Shown: positions 31,530 through 42,900, numbered from the stretch's first letter. The stretch: DNA of 64,000 nucleotides from an uncultured Alphaproteobacteria bacterium (GCA_963784075.1 CAWAQW010000025.1:30230-94229), one strand, 5' to 3'. Notes: generated by a model from the letters alone, not told the origin. Made by a program: numbers and translations.

Positions 31530-32654
31530 GTGAACGACGTCAAAGCCCATTTGGAAGTGATTGCACGAGTGCTGGGCAAGAGCCTCGCCAAAGTCCTGCA
31601 CAAATTGGGCGAGGCGGCAACCGCGACAATCGGCGTGGAGAAGGTGGAGAAGGACGTTAACCTATCTGCGCCTCAACATCTCGACTCCAGAACCTTCAAG
31701 CCCGGCGGAACGGGCCTCTCCCCGCTCCATTGGTTGCTTGTGGCCGCCAGTTGTTCGGGCGCGGCTGCAGCCCTCGTCATCGTCTTTGGCTTTAAAATTC
31801 TGGATAGCACGAGCGCTTCCATCGCGCCTCTCAAAGACCGTATAGCCGTCCTGGACGGACGTTTAGATTCGATAAACGGCGCCGAGGCGACGATTGCCGA
31901 TCGCGTTGCCGCCGCCGAAAGCACCATAGCCAAGAGCACCACCGTGACAAATTCGACCCTGGCCGAGCTCCAAAAAATCCAACGGACCTTAGCCGCGCAG
32001 CACCTTCCCTCCCCTGGCGAAACGGCCACGGTGCATTTGGATTTCGCACGTCTCGAAAAGCGCGTCGCAGCCCTCGAAAATAGCCAGCTTGCCGCGGGCT
32101 CGCCTGAGGCGGAGTCAAAGCCCACATCATCGCTTTCGCCATCGGGCGAGAGTGGCCAGGGTGAAGCCACCTTCCCGCCATTCGATACCGCCAATTTCAC
32201 GCCGATGCTCATCTGGCTTACGTTGAGCTTTGGTGTGCTCTACCTTCTGATGTCGAAAATCGCCTTGCCGCGTGTCGAAAGCATCCTGCACGCGCGCAGC
32301 CACAAGATCAGCACGGACATCAGCGAGGCGAATGGGCTTCGGACACGGGCCGAGGAAGCCGCCGCGGCGCATGAAAAAACCATCGCCGAGGCAAAAGCCA
32401 AGGCGGTCGCGCTCGCCAAGGAAACCCATGCGAAGCTCAACGCGGAGACAGAGGCAAAACATCACGCGCTCGAAACCGAACTCAATGCCAAGCTCGCCGC
32501 TTCAGAGACGCAAGTTCTCGCGATGAAGGCCAAAGCCATGGACAATGTCGAGGCGATCGCCAAGGAAACGGCGGCGGCAATCGTTCAACACATCACCGGC
32601 AAACCCGCCGACCAAGACGCCATTGCCAAGGCAGTCGCCACGATCAAGGCCTGA
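31530..32654 (+). CDS. atpG: F0 subunit b' with a ~210-aa N-terminal TM + coiled-coil extension
   Basis: C-terminal part FPPFDTANFTPMLIWLTLSFGVLYLLMSKIALPRV... is canonical b'; AGGAG RBS before GTG 31530 and an uninterrupted frame. Confidence 0.85.
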   Translation: MNDVKAHLEVIARVLGKSLAKVLHKLGEAATATIGVEKVEKDVNLSAPQHLDSRTFKPGGTGLSPLHWLLVAASCSGAAAALVIVFGFKILDSTSASIAPLKDRIAVLDGRLDSINGAEATIADRVAAAESTIAKSTTVTNSTLAELQKIQRTLAAQHLPSPGETATVHLDFARLEKRVAALENSQLAAGSPEAESKPTSSLSPSGESGQGEATFPPFDTANFTPMLIWLTLSFGVLYLLMSKIALPRVESILHARSHKISTDISEANGLRTRAEEAAAAHEKTIAEAKAKAVALAKETHAKLNAETEAKHHALETELNAKLAASETQVLAMKAKAMDNVEAIAKETAAAIVQHITGKPADQDAIAKAVATIKA

Positions 32655-32668
32655 GGCTGGAGAGTTAC

Positions 32669-33151
32669 ATGTTGGATCCGGAATTTATCGTCGCTACCGG
32701 CTTTGTGATTTTTGTGGGCCTGATGATCTATCTTGGCGTCCACAAAAAGATCAGCTCAGCGCTGGACAGCCGGGCGTCAAGAATTGAGGCCGAACTCGCC
32801 GAGGCCGCAAAGCTGCGGATGGAAGCGCAAGCCCTTCTTGCTTCTTTCGAACAGAAGCGGGCCGAAGCGGAAGCCGAGGCCGAGGCCGTCGTCGCGCAGG
32901 CTCACGCGGAAGCCGAACGCATCGCCAGCGAGGCACATGCGCGCATAACCGAATTTATTCAGCGCCGGACGAAGCAGGCGGAGGATAAAATCAGCCTGGC
33001 GGAAACCCAGGCTGCGGCGGAGGTGCGGGCCGTGGCGGCCGATGCCGCGATCAAAGCCGCAGAAGCGGTGCTAAGAGGCGAGGCGCAAGGCGCTTTTGGA
33101 GCCGAACTCATCGCCAAGGGCATCGCCGATTTGAAAACCATGTTCCATTAG
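32669..33151 (+). CDS. atpF: F0 subunit b
   Basis: EFIVATGFVIFVGL..LGVHKKISSALDSRASRIEAEL...RRTKQAEDKI. Confidence 0.93.
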   Translation: MLDPEFIVATGFVIFVGLMIYLGVHKKISSALDSRASRIEAELAEAAKLRMEAQALLASFEQKRAEAEAEAEAVVAQAHAEAERIASEAHARITEFIQRRTKQAEDKISLAETQAAAEVRAVAADAAIKAAEAVLRGEAQGAFGAELIAKGIADLKTMFH

Positions 33152-33216
33152 AGCATTTTCAAGCGGAGTGAATACCGGTTCGCGTCAACCGGTTTTCGCG
33201 AAGAGATCATGCGTCA
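33149..33216. repeat. Rhizobiales-type intergenic palindromic repeat (REP/MITE-like)
   Basis: TAGAGCATTTTCAAGCGGAGTGAATACCGGTTCGCGTCAA... resembles the common TAGAGCxTTTTC...ACCGGTTCGCG element. Confidence 0.55.
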
Positions 33217-33863
33217 TCAAAGACTTTAAGAGGCGCTTTCGGTGTCCGTGGGCACGGAAAGCGCTTCTGGCGCGCGACGCCGCAACCGGGCTTGACCGGC
33301 GGTTCAAAGCCCTGGCGAGATGTGCCGCGCCATTGCCGCATGAAGGCGACGACTTCCAGCGGCGCGGACATCGGCATCGCTGACCTCCGTCGCAGACAGC
33401 GCGCCCTTTCCGGGAAATTTTGAACCCGAATTTCGCCAACCAGCTCGTCCGCTGCGCACGAACTCGATAAGCATCGGCCCATTGGCGGCAGGCAAACGAT
33501 TCTTCCCGCCTTTCGGGCGTCTCGGGTGCTCCGGCATGCAAATAGCTGGAAGAGCGAGGCCAAGAGTGAAAGACCTGCATCGTCCAAAGTGAAAGGAAGG
33601 GACGGTTTGAACGGACTTTCTGCTTGTGTGAAAAGAGACCGTGAGGCCGCATCACACGGGTTCTCATCGCCGATGAGATCGTGAGCCGAGGCCGAATAAA
33701 TAGGGGCGAAGTCCCGCACAGACGAGCAAATGGCGGACACGGTCCGCAAGACCGCCAGGAGACCCCGCCGCTGGCGCGGCGCGAGGTCCCGCGACCGCGG
33801 TTTAAATCGCGACCGCAATCTCTGGCGGAGGGCTCTCCAACGGCGGTTTTTTGGACTTTCGCT

Positions 33864-34481
33864 TTACCGCGAATAGAACTCGATGACGAGATTGGGTTCC
33901 ATCATCACCGGATAAGGGACTTCCAACGGCAACGGAATCCGGTTGAGCTTCGCCGTCATTTTGGTGTGATCAACCTCGTAATAATCCGGCACGTCGCGTT
34001 CGGCGAGTTGCTGCGCCTCGAGAACGAGGATAAGCTGGCGCGAACTCTCCTTGATCTCGACCGTGTCGCCGGGCTTCACTTGGTAGGACGCAATGTTCAC
34101 CCGGTCGCCATTGACCTTGATATGGCCGTGATTGACGAATTGGCGGGCAGCGAAGACCGTCGAAACGAATTTGGCGCGATAGACCACGGCATCGAGCCTG
34201 CGTTCCAAAAGACCGATCAGATTGTCGCCGCTATCGCCCTTCATGCGGATCGCTTCGGCGTAATATTTGCGGAACTGTTTTTCCGAAATATTGCCGTAAT
34301 AGCCTTTAAGCTTCTGCTTGGCCTTGAGCTGGGTGCCGAAATCGGACAGCTTGCCCTTGCGGCGCTGGCCGTGCTGACCTGGCCCATATTCGCGCCGGTT
34401 GACGGGGCTCTTCGGACGGCCCCAGATATTCTGGCCCATCCGGCGATCGATTTTATATTTGGCTTCCGCCCGCTTTGTCAT
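33864..34481 (-). CDS. rpsD: 30S ribosomal protein S4
   Basis: [26 protein letters not shown]...[12 protein letters not shown]...[10 protein letters not shown]. Confidence 0.98.
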   Translation of the reverse strand: MTKRAEAKYKIDRRMGQNIWGRPKSPVNRREYGPGQHGQRRKGKLSDFGTQLKAKQKLKGYYGNISEKQFRKYYAEAIRMKGDSGDNLIGLLERRLDAVVYRAKFVSTVFAARQFVNHGHIKVNGDRVNIASYQVKPGDTVEIKESSRQLILVLEAQQLAERDVPDYYEVDHTKMTAKLNRIPLPLEVPYPVMMEPNLVIEFYSR

Positions 34482-34786
34482 CGCGTGTCCTCTATCAGTT
34501 TGCGCTAGCAAAAGGACACGGGCGCGCTCCACGCTGGTGCGTGTGATACCGCGTCCCCCGCCTGCGAGGGGAGGAACGCGCCCTCCTCTGCCCGGCCTCG
34601 AAATGGCCAAGCCGACAGGCCCTTGCTTCACATGAATAAATTCGATGAAGGAAGCGCCACGGGTGCGTCTGGGCGGGATGAGCCCGCCCTCAAATCTCGA
34701 AAGCTCGGAAGAGCTACGAGGCGTAAATCGGTTAAAGGGTTTTGGAGGGCGGGTCAAGATCAGGTCTTGGTCGAAGAATTTTAAGA

Positions 34787-35503
34787 TTAGATCGACGTCA
34801 GCCCGACCCGCTCGGCCAATCGTTCTGCGGCTTCTTTGCGTTCGGAATAGCGGCTCGTGAGGTAATCGGAAATTCCTCGAGTTAGATAAGTGAATTTCAT
34901 CAATTCTTCCATCACGTCGACGAGCCGGTCGTAATAGGGCGAAGGCCGCATCCGTCCCGCCTCGTCGAATTGCTCATAGGCTTTGGCAACGGAAGATTGA
35001 TTGGGAATGGTGATCATCCGCATCCAGCGCCCGAGGATTCGCAGCTGATTGACGGCATTGAAGGATTGCGAGCCGCCGCTGACTTGCATGACCGCGAGCG
35101 TTTTGCCTTGGGTTGGCCGCACCGCCCCAATCGAGAGGGGAATCCAATCGATCTGCGCCTTGATGATGCCGGTCATGGCGCCGTGCCGTTCGGGGCTGCA
35201 CCAGACCTGCGCCTCGGACCAGGCCGAAAGCCCGCGCAGCTCCTCGACCTTCGGATGAGCTTCGGGCGCCCCGTCCGGCAGCGGCAGACCGCTTGGATCG
35301 AAGATACGGATTTCCGCCCCAAAGGCTTCGAGGAGCCTTGCCGCTTCGAGCGTCAGAAAGCGGCTGTAGGAGCGTTGCCGGAGCGAACCGTAAAGCAGCA
35401 GCACGCGCGGCGGGTGAGCGGGCTGGCGCGCATGCAAACAAGCGGCGTCCGGCACTTCGAACGCCGCCCGTGCGATATTTTGCAGCGCCTGACTTTCATC
35501 CAA
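34787..35503 (-). CDS. arsH: Arsenical resistance flavoprotein ArsH
   Basis: [56 protein letters not shown]. Confidence 0.95.
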   Translation of the reverse strand: MDESQALQNIARAAFEVPDAACLHARQPAHPPRVLLLYGSLRQRSYSRFLTLEAARLLEAFGAEIRIFDPSGLPLPDGAPEAHPKVEELRGLSAWSEAQVWCSPERHGAMTGIIKAQIDWIPLSIGAVRPTQGKTLAVMQVSGGSQSFNAVNQLRILGRWMRMITIPNQSSVAKAYEQFDEAGRMRPSPYYDRLVDVMEELMKFTYLTRGISDYLTSRYSERKEAAERLAERVGLTSI

Positions 35504-35545
35504 GGCCTTAAGTCTCCTGACGCGCTTGACCCGCGAGGCCGTATC

Positions 35546-35971
35546 TCAAGCGCTTGCGACCCGGCGGCCATGCTCATCAATGATGCGCTCGCCGCCCTCC
35601 TTAAAAAATTCGCCTTGCTGCGGCGGCAAAAGATCGAGCACGAGATCGAACGGCCGGCACAGTTTGACCCCTTTCGGCGTGACCACGATCGGCCGGCTGA
35701 GGACGATGGGATGCGCTTCGAGCGCCTCGAGCAAAGCATCGTCGGAGGGATTTTTGTCAGAAAGACCCAATTCGCGGAAAATCGGCTCCTTGTCGCGGAC
35801 GAGGGCGCGCAGCGGCACGCCGATGCGCTCGGCGAGTTGGCGCAGCATGATGCGCGAGGGAAATGTCTTCAAATATTCGATGATGTGCGGCTCGACGCCA
35901 GAGTTGCGGATAAGGCCGAGCGTCGTGCGGGACGTGCCGCACCGCGGGTTATGGTAGATGATCACATCCAT
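35546..35971 (-). CDS. arsC: Arsenate reductase (glutaredoxin type)
   Basis: IYHNPRCGTSR, HPIVLSRPIVVTPKGVKLCRP. Confidence 0.95.
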   Translation of the reverse strand: MDVIIYHNPRCGTSRTTLGLIRNSGVEPHIIEYLKTFPSRIMLRQLAERIGVPLRALVRDKEPIFRELGLSDKNPSDDALLEALEAHPIVLSRPIVVTPKGVKLCRPFDLVLDLLPPQQGEFFKEGGERIIDEHGRRVASA

Positions 35972-36072
35972 TTGGGTCTCGCTGCATCCTCACGGCGGCT
36001 CGCTGCACGCTCGATGAGACCGCCGCGGCAAATCTCATGGGGGCCGGACTGCAGCATAATAGCGCTGCCGGA

Positions 36073-36285
36073 TCAATAGACCACCTCTTGCGAAACCATG
36101 TCTTTTTGCACATCGTCCCGCGAGCGATACACCGGCCTCAAGGTCTTAGCCTCAAAGTATGAGAGCTGGTCGGTCACATGGGTCGAGCCGGGCCGCGAGG
36201 CATTCCCATAGCCAAGCAGAGCGCTTGCGTTTGCCCCTCCTTTTGTGAATTCGACGAGCTGCACACAGCCGTCACCGCTGACCGC
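36073..36285 (-). pseudogene. Penicillin/cephalosporin acylase (Ntn hydrolase) C-terminal fragment, cut by IS21
   Basis: GDGCVQLVEF...ALLGYGNASRPGSTHVTDQ. Confidence 0.65.
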
Positions 36286-36410
36286 TGTCAATGGCGCGCG
36301 GAATCTCCCCACTTATGGCGAAGTAAAATTCCCCAGTTTGGCGGGCTGGGTGATCAGCCGTGGTGTTGATCGAGGCCTCCGTTTTTCGGCGGCCGTCCGC
36401 GACGCTTAAG
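36286..36410 (-). mobile_element. IS21-family end with IstB tail
   Basis: TGTCAATGGCG terminus with repeated AAT(C/T)TCCCCA boxes; minus strand KRRGRPPKTEAS. Confidence 0.65.
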
Positions 36411-36443
36411 TGTCGGCGGGATCGGCGATGGTTGGATGAGACT

Positions 36444-36890
36444 TAGAGCTGGCTCGGTTTGTTTGAACAGCCGGTTGGCTGCGGCTAAGTGGATTTCTGC
36501 CATGGTTATGCTGCAACCGCGATTGGCTGCAGCGCAGTGAAGTAGGCCTCATCCGGCGTCCGCCGATCAAGGCTCGAATGGGGCCTTCTGGCATTGTAAA
36601 AGCCGTCGATATATCGGCCGATGGAGGCCCGTGCCTCCGGGACACTGGCGTAGGCCCGTAGGTACACCTCCTCGTATTTGATGGTCCGCCCACAGGCGCT
36701 CGACGAAGATGTTGTCTCGCCAGGCGCCTTTCCCATCCATGCTGATCTTGATCTCATTCTTGAGCAGCAGGCCGGTGAAGGCGATGCTGGTGAACTGGGA
36801 GCCCTGATCGGTGTTGAAGATCTCCGGCTTGCCATATCGGGCAAGAGCCTCCTCGACCGCCTCCAGACAGAACTCCGTTTCCAGTGTAAT
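36444..36890 (-). mobile_element. IS3-family orfB 3' remnant
   Basis: IKYEEVYLRAYASVPEARASIGRY..FYNARRPHSSLDRRTPDEAYF. Confidence 0.85.
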
Positions 36891-37379
36891 CGATCACCTG
36901 CCGCCTATGCCTACGGCAGGCAACCTCGAAAAGATGGCGGCGAGCAGCGTAGGAGTACCACTGCTCGCCACCTTTCTGCGTTGAGGGACAAAGCACAAAA
37001 CCTCAACGAAGAACGCCTACCCATCGGTACATCCGCGAGTGGCAGGCAACCAATTATAGGAAGTGACGGGAACAGCGCTATGCCAAAACTGTTCCCGCCA
37101 CCTTCACCCTCAGCGCGCCCGTCACCGTTCAGCAACGCCAAGCTGAATGTAAAAACGAGAGGTACGCGGAGCGATGAAGCCGGTGACGCGGCGCAACTTC
37201 ACACACTCAACGCGCACCTCCCGCAACGCGCAGCAAGCCCTAGAAGACAAAAGCCGCTGCGCTCTCAGCGACCGGCGGATGCAGAGGAGGACCGATCGCC
37301 AAGCAGAAAATCATGGCTCCCAATTTTTAGTACGTATGCCAATTAACCGGCGGCGGGCGCCACCAGAGAAGGCATCCAT

Positions 37380-37928
37380 CTAACTGCAAGGCCCCCGGGG
37401 TGTTTCGCCATCGAGCGCACGTGGGGCGTTCGAATTTTGCATAGCGTGCAGGCGGTCGGCTCGGGACTGTATTTTCGAAATTACATTTCTAACGTGAGCG
37501 TCGATTATATGATCGGGCTGCTTGCGCATATCCGCGTAATAATCACTATCCGCTTTGCTATCCGCAACTAAAGGTTTTGGCTCGCCCATCTGATTAAGTT
37601 CTCCTGCGCTTTCGCCCATTGCGTCGGCGAGTTCTTTCAATTCCTCAATCGATTTGGTTCGGTCCTCGGATTTCAAATCCTCGGGCTCTTTTTCGCCTTT
37701 TTCCAATTCATCCATGCGCGCGTGGAGTTTGCCCAGAGCATCTGCGATCGCAGACAACGTTTTGTTGGTTTCCTCGCCCGGATCGCCGCTTGGCCCAACA
37801 TTACCGGCATGAGGATTCGATGCTTGCTCGTCGGCACGCTGTTGCTGCAATTCAAGCTTTAGCTCGTCCTTGATGTCCGCGCGCAAGAGCGCGACAAGTG
37901 CGCGTTTCTCACTGTCACTGAGGGCCAT
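37380..37928 (-). CDS. Phage head scaffold-like protein fragment (resembles the DUF2213 C-terminal region)
   Basis: Acidic coiled-coil ending IQSRADRLHAMQNSNAPRALDGETP; AAGGA RBS. Confidence 0.45.
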   Translation of the reverse strand: MALSDSEKRALVALLRADIKDELKLELQQQRADEQASNPHAGNVGPSGDPGEETNKTLSAIADALGKLHARMDELEKGEKEPEDLKSEDRTKSIEELKELADAMGESAGELNQMGEPKPLVADSKADSDYYADMRKQPDHIIDAHVRNVISKIQSRADRLHAMQNSNAPRALDGETPRGPCS

Positions 37929-38416
37929 GTTATTTTCCTTCGCTAATTTGTCTCGATACTCTTGCTTGCGGCGAGCTTCGCCCATGTCAATTGGCTCCAG
38001 CCTCATCATCGGCGCGCGGCTCACCACAGCATTCCCGCGCGGCGGGCCTCTCGCCGATTTGCGGCATATCAATCGGAACGGCAAAGCGGCCATCCGGGAG
38101 CACAAATATTGCGCGCTGCTTACACAGAGTAGGCAGGGCATCGATTTCGGCTTGCGTGAGGATGCGAACAGTCTCAGTCATGACGCCATCTTCTCTTCAT
38201 GGTTATAGCGCATCAACGAGGGCGGCCTGCCCCTATCACTTGACGAGACCGCCAGCGACGCGAGTGCGCTGACTTCGCCGCGTGCAAGTTCGATCCGGCC
38301 GCGCATCATTATGATTATGTCGCCGGGATTGGCGCGGCGAATCGTGAGCAAATGAAGCGCCGCCGTGTAGATGGACGGGAAGCTCTCGGCGCCGACGCGG
38401 TGAACAGTAGGGAAGC

Positions 38417-38643
38417 TCATTCAAGCACCGTCGAATATATTCGCCGCACAAATTCTTCCGTAACGAGGCGCCGCTCGCGTTCAGGGAAGCGGGCAATGAG
38501 AGACGCCGCGAGATAACCAAATGTGCTCAGGACAAGGCCGAGCGGGGCCTCGTCGAGATCATTCTCGATGAGCACATTTTGCGTGGCGGATTTCACGCCA
38601 GAAATAAGTTTTGTAAAAAGTTCGCGGTCCTGTTCCTGTACCA
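38417..38643 (-). CDS. Hypothetical small protein of the satellite-like element
   Basis: MVQEQDRELFTKL...; its stop overlaps the next small ORF (38178..38420). Confidence 0.35.
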
Positions 38644-39317
38644 TTACGAGAGTATGGCAGGCGCGAAACGACTTTTGGAGATCGCAAATTGGGGCGAAAT
38701 TTGTAGGGTGTGAAACTCTATGCCAGCTACGCCGCAGCCGGTAGCGCAAAGCTTGCGTAAATCGTCCATAGAACGGCGAGACGTAGCGCGTTCTCGTCGC
38801 GCTCGACCGCCGAGCGGAAATCCAAGGCGTCGCCGAGCGGGACACGGCGCGCGCTTTCCACGGCCATCGCGGATAACTTCACGTGGCCCGCGTTCACCCG
38901 TGCAGCTACGGTAGGTTTAATCTGCTCAATGTCCAAATCTGGTAGGCTATGAATATCGTACCAGGAGGCGGATAATATCCTAGATTGCTCGGCAACATCT
39001 TTAGGGCAATAAAGTGCGGGAGCGGCGCTCGCTCCATACACTTCCAGGAGTTGGCTCGATGAGGATAATGGAATCTCTGAGGTTAAACCGCCTTCCGCTG
39101 CATTTCGAGATGCGAAGGCGGCTCCGAGGAAAGGAAAAATCGAGTAGGCTCAAAGTGCTGGGGTGTTGCACTTCGCGTCGGAATTCAGGGGGAGTGCACC
39201 GGTTGGTAAAGTGACTGCCACCTGCGTGCAAAACAACACGCCCCTCGGCGGCTATTATGGCGCTGTTACCGAGAGCACCACGAAGGGCAACCAAGGCGGT
39301 GGAATATGCCCGAGTGA

Positions 39318-40680
39318 TTACATCGTGTCCGGCTCTGTGCAGGTCGGCGGTTCCGACCCGACGGACTGTGAGCCAAAGGTGGTGACCCGTCCTAAGTTAA
39401 ACTCTTTCAGGCGCGTTCTCGCCTCCAGAAACATATCTGGGTTCAGATAACCGCATGTAAAATCCAACACGACGAGCGGGTACTTTTTGCCCGGATAATT
39501 CACATATCGAGCACCGTAGATGGTTGCGAGGGCGCCGTCCGGAGCGGTGCATAGAATTGCGAAAACCGGGCCGTCGCGGTCGATTGGATCGGCAAGTCCT
39601 TCGCCTCCTTCCAACATGCTTTCATACCGCACGAGCCCAGGGGCCGCGCGCTCGCCGACCAGCCTCACAGTCAGTCCCGCAACCGCCGCAGCGCAATCGT
39701 CGTGGCCGCCTATAGGATGGCCTACAGCGTCTTTAGAGCCAATCCGCGAAGCGCGGCGCTCAAGCGAACAGAGCTGCGTGGCCAGCCGCTTGTGGTCGAG
39801 CAGTTGTAGTTGTACGCGGCGGCTATTCAATATCGGTAGGAGCCCGAGAAAATAATCGCTCGTCGTCAATTCGGCGGTGTGATACTCGATGCCATTCCAA
39901 CGAAAACCTTCTATGACAAATCCAATCGCATACTTGTCGCCGGTTATGTCATGCAGTCCATAGATGCGCAGAATGTCGCACACCTCGGCGATGACGCCCT
40001 CGGGGCTGAAGGGGGGCGGCGCTCGTAAAGTAAATCAATTAAGCGTCCACGACTTCGGGTGAGACGTAGCTCTCAAGATCGCTGCGGAACTGCCCGCCCC
40101 AATCCGATGCGGCGACGGCCGGATCATCCTCGTATGCCCGATCGATGACGCTTTGCTTCACGGTGGGGTTGAATGTCCGCGTCGGGCCGTTCGCAACCAG
40201 GATGGCAGGATTGCCGTCGGGGCCGAAATGCTTGCGGAAGGTGGCCCACGTCTCGCCCTTCCGCGCGTGCGGGGAGCCAATCGCAAACAGTGTGCCCCCC
40301 GTCGTCGCCATCGCTGGGCGAATGGCGGCCAAGATTTCCTTGTCTGGATTCCGGCTGTCATCGCTCTGCCAAAACGAGCATTCCTCGGCGATGGCGGCAA
40401 TCGCGGTGATGCCGCGAATGGTTCGAAAGCTTGCGGGGCGGATTTGGATATCGATGCAATTCTTAAGCGCGATAGTGTCGGCCGTGATGTTGTCGCTGGG
40501 CGTTTCTGTGCGCTGGGTCAGCTGAGTGAAGATTGGCATCTCGTCCGGCGTTAGAGGCTCGCCCATGGCGGCGATGAGCAGCGTCCTCATGACGGTGAAG
40601 CTTTCCCCACCTAGCATTTCCCCAAGCCATGTTGGATCGGTCAGCGCGTGGCGGAGGGTGAGGAGGCGGCGAATGCCCAT
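39318..40680 (-). pseudogene. Terminase large subunit-like gene (split, internally deleted)
   Basis: FRTIRG..AIAEECSFW (Walker-B-like), IGSPHARKG, GDKYA, LCSLERR and GGHDDCAAAVAG (nuclease motif); Walker A region missing. Confidence 0.65.
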
Positions 40681-41078
40681 TCGGCGACCTTCGGAAGCGC
40701 CGCGAAGTAATCAACGAGCGCGTTGGCGCCGTCGTTCACTGGACGCGGCACGCGCTTCAAGCCAAGAGTTTCGAGGACGCGGCGCAGGGAATTTGTCATG
40801 ACGACATACATGGCCAAGTCGAACTCGGCCTCGCCCCTAGCCCACAGCGCCTCCAAGCGCTCGCACTCGGCACTGAGCAGCGACGCGCGGCGAACGAGCT
40901 GGCGCTGAGCCTCGATATAATCGAGGCCGGAAAGGTCGGCGCCGATATACTCGTAGAGGTCACGAAACCGTCGCGCGGAGACCGAGCGGCCGTCCGTGAG
41001 CGGCAAAAGTTTCGCCCCATTTGATACGCGGCTCTTATTCGGCGATTTTCCAACCGATACTTGCGGGGTAGTTTCCAT
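40641..41078 (-). CDS. Putative terminase small subunit-like / conserved satellite protein
   Basis: SRVSNGAKLLP..DGRS..ARRFRDL...LRRVLETLGLKRVPR; directly upstream of terL. Confidence 0.5.
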   Translation of the reverse strand: METTPQVSVGKSPNKSRVSNGAKLLPLTDGRSVSARRFRDLYEYIGADLSGLDYIEAQRQLVRRASLLSAECERLEALWARGEAEFDLAMYVVMTNSLRRVLETLGLKRVPRPVNDGANALVDYFAALPKVAEWAFAASSPSATR

Positions 41079-41235
41079 GCCAATTCATCAGCTAAGCTTA
41101 AGCGATTTGTGACCCCCAATGTATACAGGATACAGGGTAACATCTGCATTCGCAACCAAATGCTGTCCATCGTTGATATTACGAGTGTTCCGTGCTGCGT
41201 TCCGAGCGGCGTTGTGCACCGAGTTTCTCGGCGAT

Positions 41236-41640
41236 TTGGTGCAAGCGGTGCAAGCGCAAGAAGCCCAACGAGCTATTGAACTGCAGCCAATGATCACCTC
41301 GAGCGTTCCGGCTCTCGCCGAATTCAAGAAGGGCCTTTATGACCTCGGCTATAATCTACAATTCAGTTATTTTGCGGATACTTTGGCCAATCCGACCGGC
41401 GGTGTTCAACAAGGCGCCGCTTATGAGGGCCTTCTGTACATGGTGCTCGACGTGGATCTCGCGAAAATTGCTGGGTTGAACGGCCTAAGTTTTCGCGTCA
41501 ACGCATATCAAATCCATGGGCGTCAGCTGTCAGCCTACAATATTTTTAACTTTGCGACCGTCGACAGCATCGAGGCTCGACCGGCGACGCGTCTGTTCGA
41601 GCTTTGGGTCGAGCAGAAGTTGGGCGATTTGGCTGCGGTC
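41236..41640 (+). pseudogene. Carbohydrate porin OprB N-terminal fragment
   Basis: GYNLQFSYFADTLANPTGGVQQGAAYEG..DLAKIAGL.GLSF..QIHGR...IEARPATRLFELWVEQ. Confidence 0.75.
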
Positions 41641-41701
41641 GAGCCGCGCGACCTGAAACGGTGGGCGGGCAGCTTAAGGCGAAAAGTCGATACGTGCATC
41701 T

Positions 41702-42181
41702 ATGTTCCATCAGCCGATATACACGGCGCGGCCGTTTTTTATAGATGGAGCGGTTGATCCGGTGCCGGTGAACAAGCGCGTCGTCATGCTTCCCGGCGGG
41801 ACTGATATCGTTGAACTGGATTTGAATGATGCCGGTGAAGGCAGTCATGTTTATAGCGGCGCCGCCTTTGGCGGCAAAGCCGGTTGGGGAAATATAGACT
41901 CGGATTGCCTAATGGAAGACTGGCGCGAGGGGCTGCTCCTCACCGTCGAAGCAACCGGCAACTTCCATGATCCGCTCACCAAATATATCGGGCTCGCTGT
42001 CAGAAAGGGCAGCGATAGCGATGATGAAATCCTTGCTTTCAGTCTTAAAGTTATCCGCGCCTATAAGCGCGACAATAGTGATTTAAGGAAATACCGCGCC
42101 TCTGAAATTAACCGGATGATCAAAGGGTTCCGCCGGAATGACGGGGGCTCCGCTGATGGAAAACGGAAACGGCGCCTATGA
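41702..42181 (+). CDS. Hypothetical protein, possibly a primase C-terminal-like fragment
   Basis: 159-aa ORF directly before the RepA-like fragment; only weak resemblance. Confidence 0.3.
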   Translation: MFHQPIYTARPFFIDGAVDPVPVNKRVVMLPGGTDIVELDLNDAGEGSHVYSGAAFGGKAGWGNIDSDCLMEDWREGLLLTVEATGNFHDPLTKYIGLAVRKGSDSDDEILAFSLKVIRAYKRDNSDLRKYRASEINRMIKGFRRNDGGSADGKRKRRL

Positions 42182-42455
42182 AGGCGCGGAACCCGAAGAC
42201 GCGGACCGCGTCCGGGCACGGAATGAAGCGCTGGAAGAAGTAAAACGCGCGCGTCAAAGGGATCGCGAGAAACGGGAAAAAGAGAGCGCGCCGCCCGAGC
42301 TGGAAATCTATAATGCGGCTGATTTCGCAGGCCAGCCCGTACCGCCACGACAATGGCTTGTGCCGGACATAATACCCATGAACCGCGTCACTTTGTTGTA
42401 TGGCAATGGTGGCGAAGGCAAATCACTCACGGCACTGCAATTAGAGGTGTTTTAA
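42157..42455 (+). pseudogene. RepA/AAA_25 helicase N-terminal fragment
   Basis: PPRQWLVPDIIPMNRVTLLYGNGGEGKSLTALQL (Walker A), then truncated. Confidence 0.75.
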
Positions 42456-42900
42456 CGCGCTGGTCCGTCTCGCCATCCTTTGTTTTCGCCGGAGAGAGAT
42501 ACAGACGGCTGCGCGCCCCGCCGTTCCACGTTCAGGAACGCCGCTATATCTTCCAGCGTAGCCAGGCGCGCCGTCGAAAAGTGCCACCATGTAACAAGGT
42601 CATAATCGATGGTTTTTTCCGGAGTAATGCGCTTAGCAGCGATCTTGCCCGGCTCGGCGACGCGGGCGACAGTAAGAGAAAATGAATTGTCCAAAAAACA
42701 CACCTCAGACAACAATAGGTCAGGGCCACTGACGCATATCTATTGACGGCAAGGCCAGGGTGTGCTTTCGTCGCAATGCGCCTCCCAGAAAGGACGCACC
42801 TTGGCTGATTTAGCTTAGGCTGGAGAGTGGATCACCTTCCTTTCTCTTCCTTTCCGAGCGCGGGGTTGTCCTGCCCCGAGGTTGAGTTGAGCTTAGTTTT

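Noticed and set aside
34482-34757. N-terminally extended S4 (297-aa ORF)
   Set aside because: Canonical MTKR start at 34481 with an AGGA RBS; the upstream frame is open by chance
42818-42845. Remnant rRNA operon
   Set aside because: Only ~18-28 nt resemble the 16S end; no helix 44/45 or ITS context
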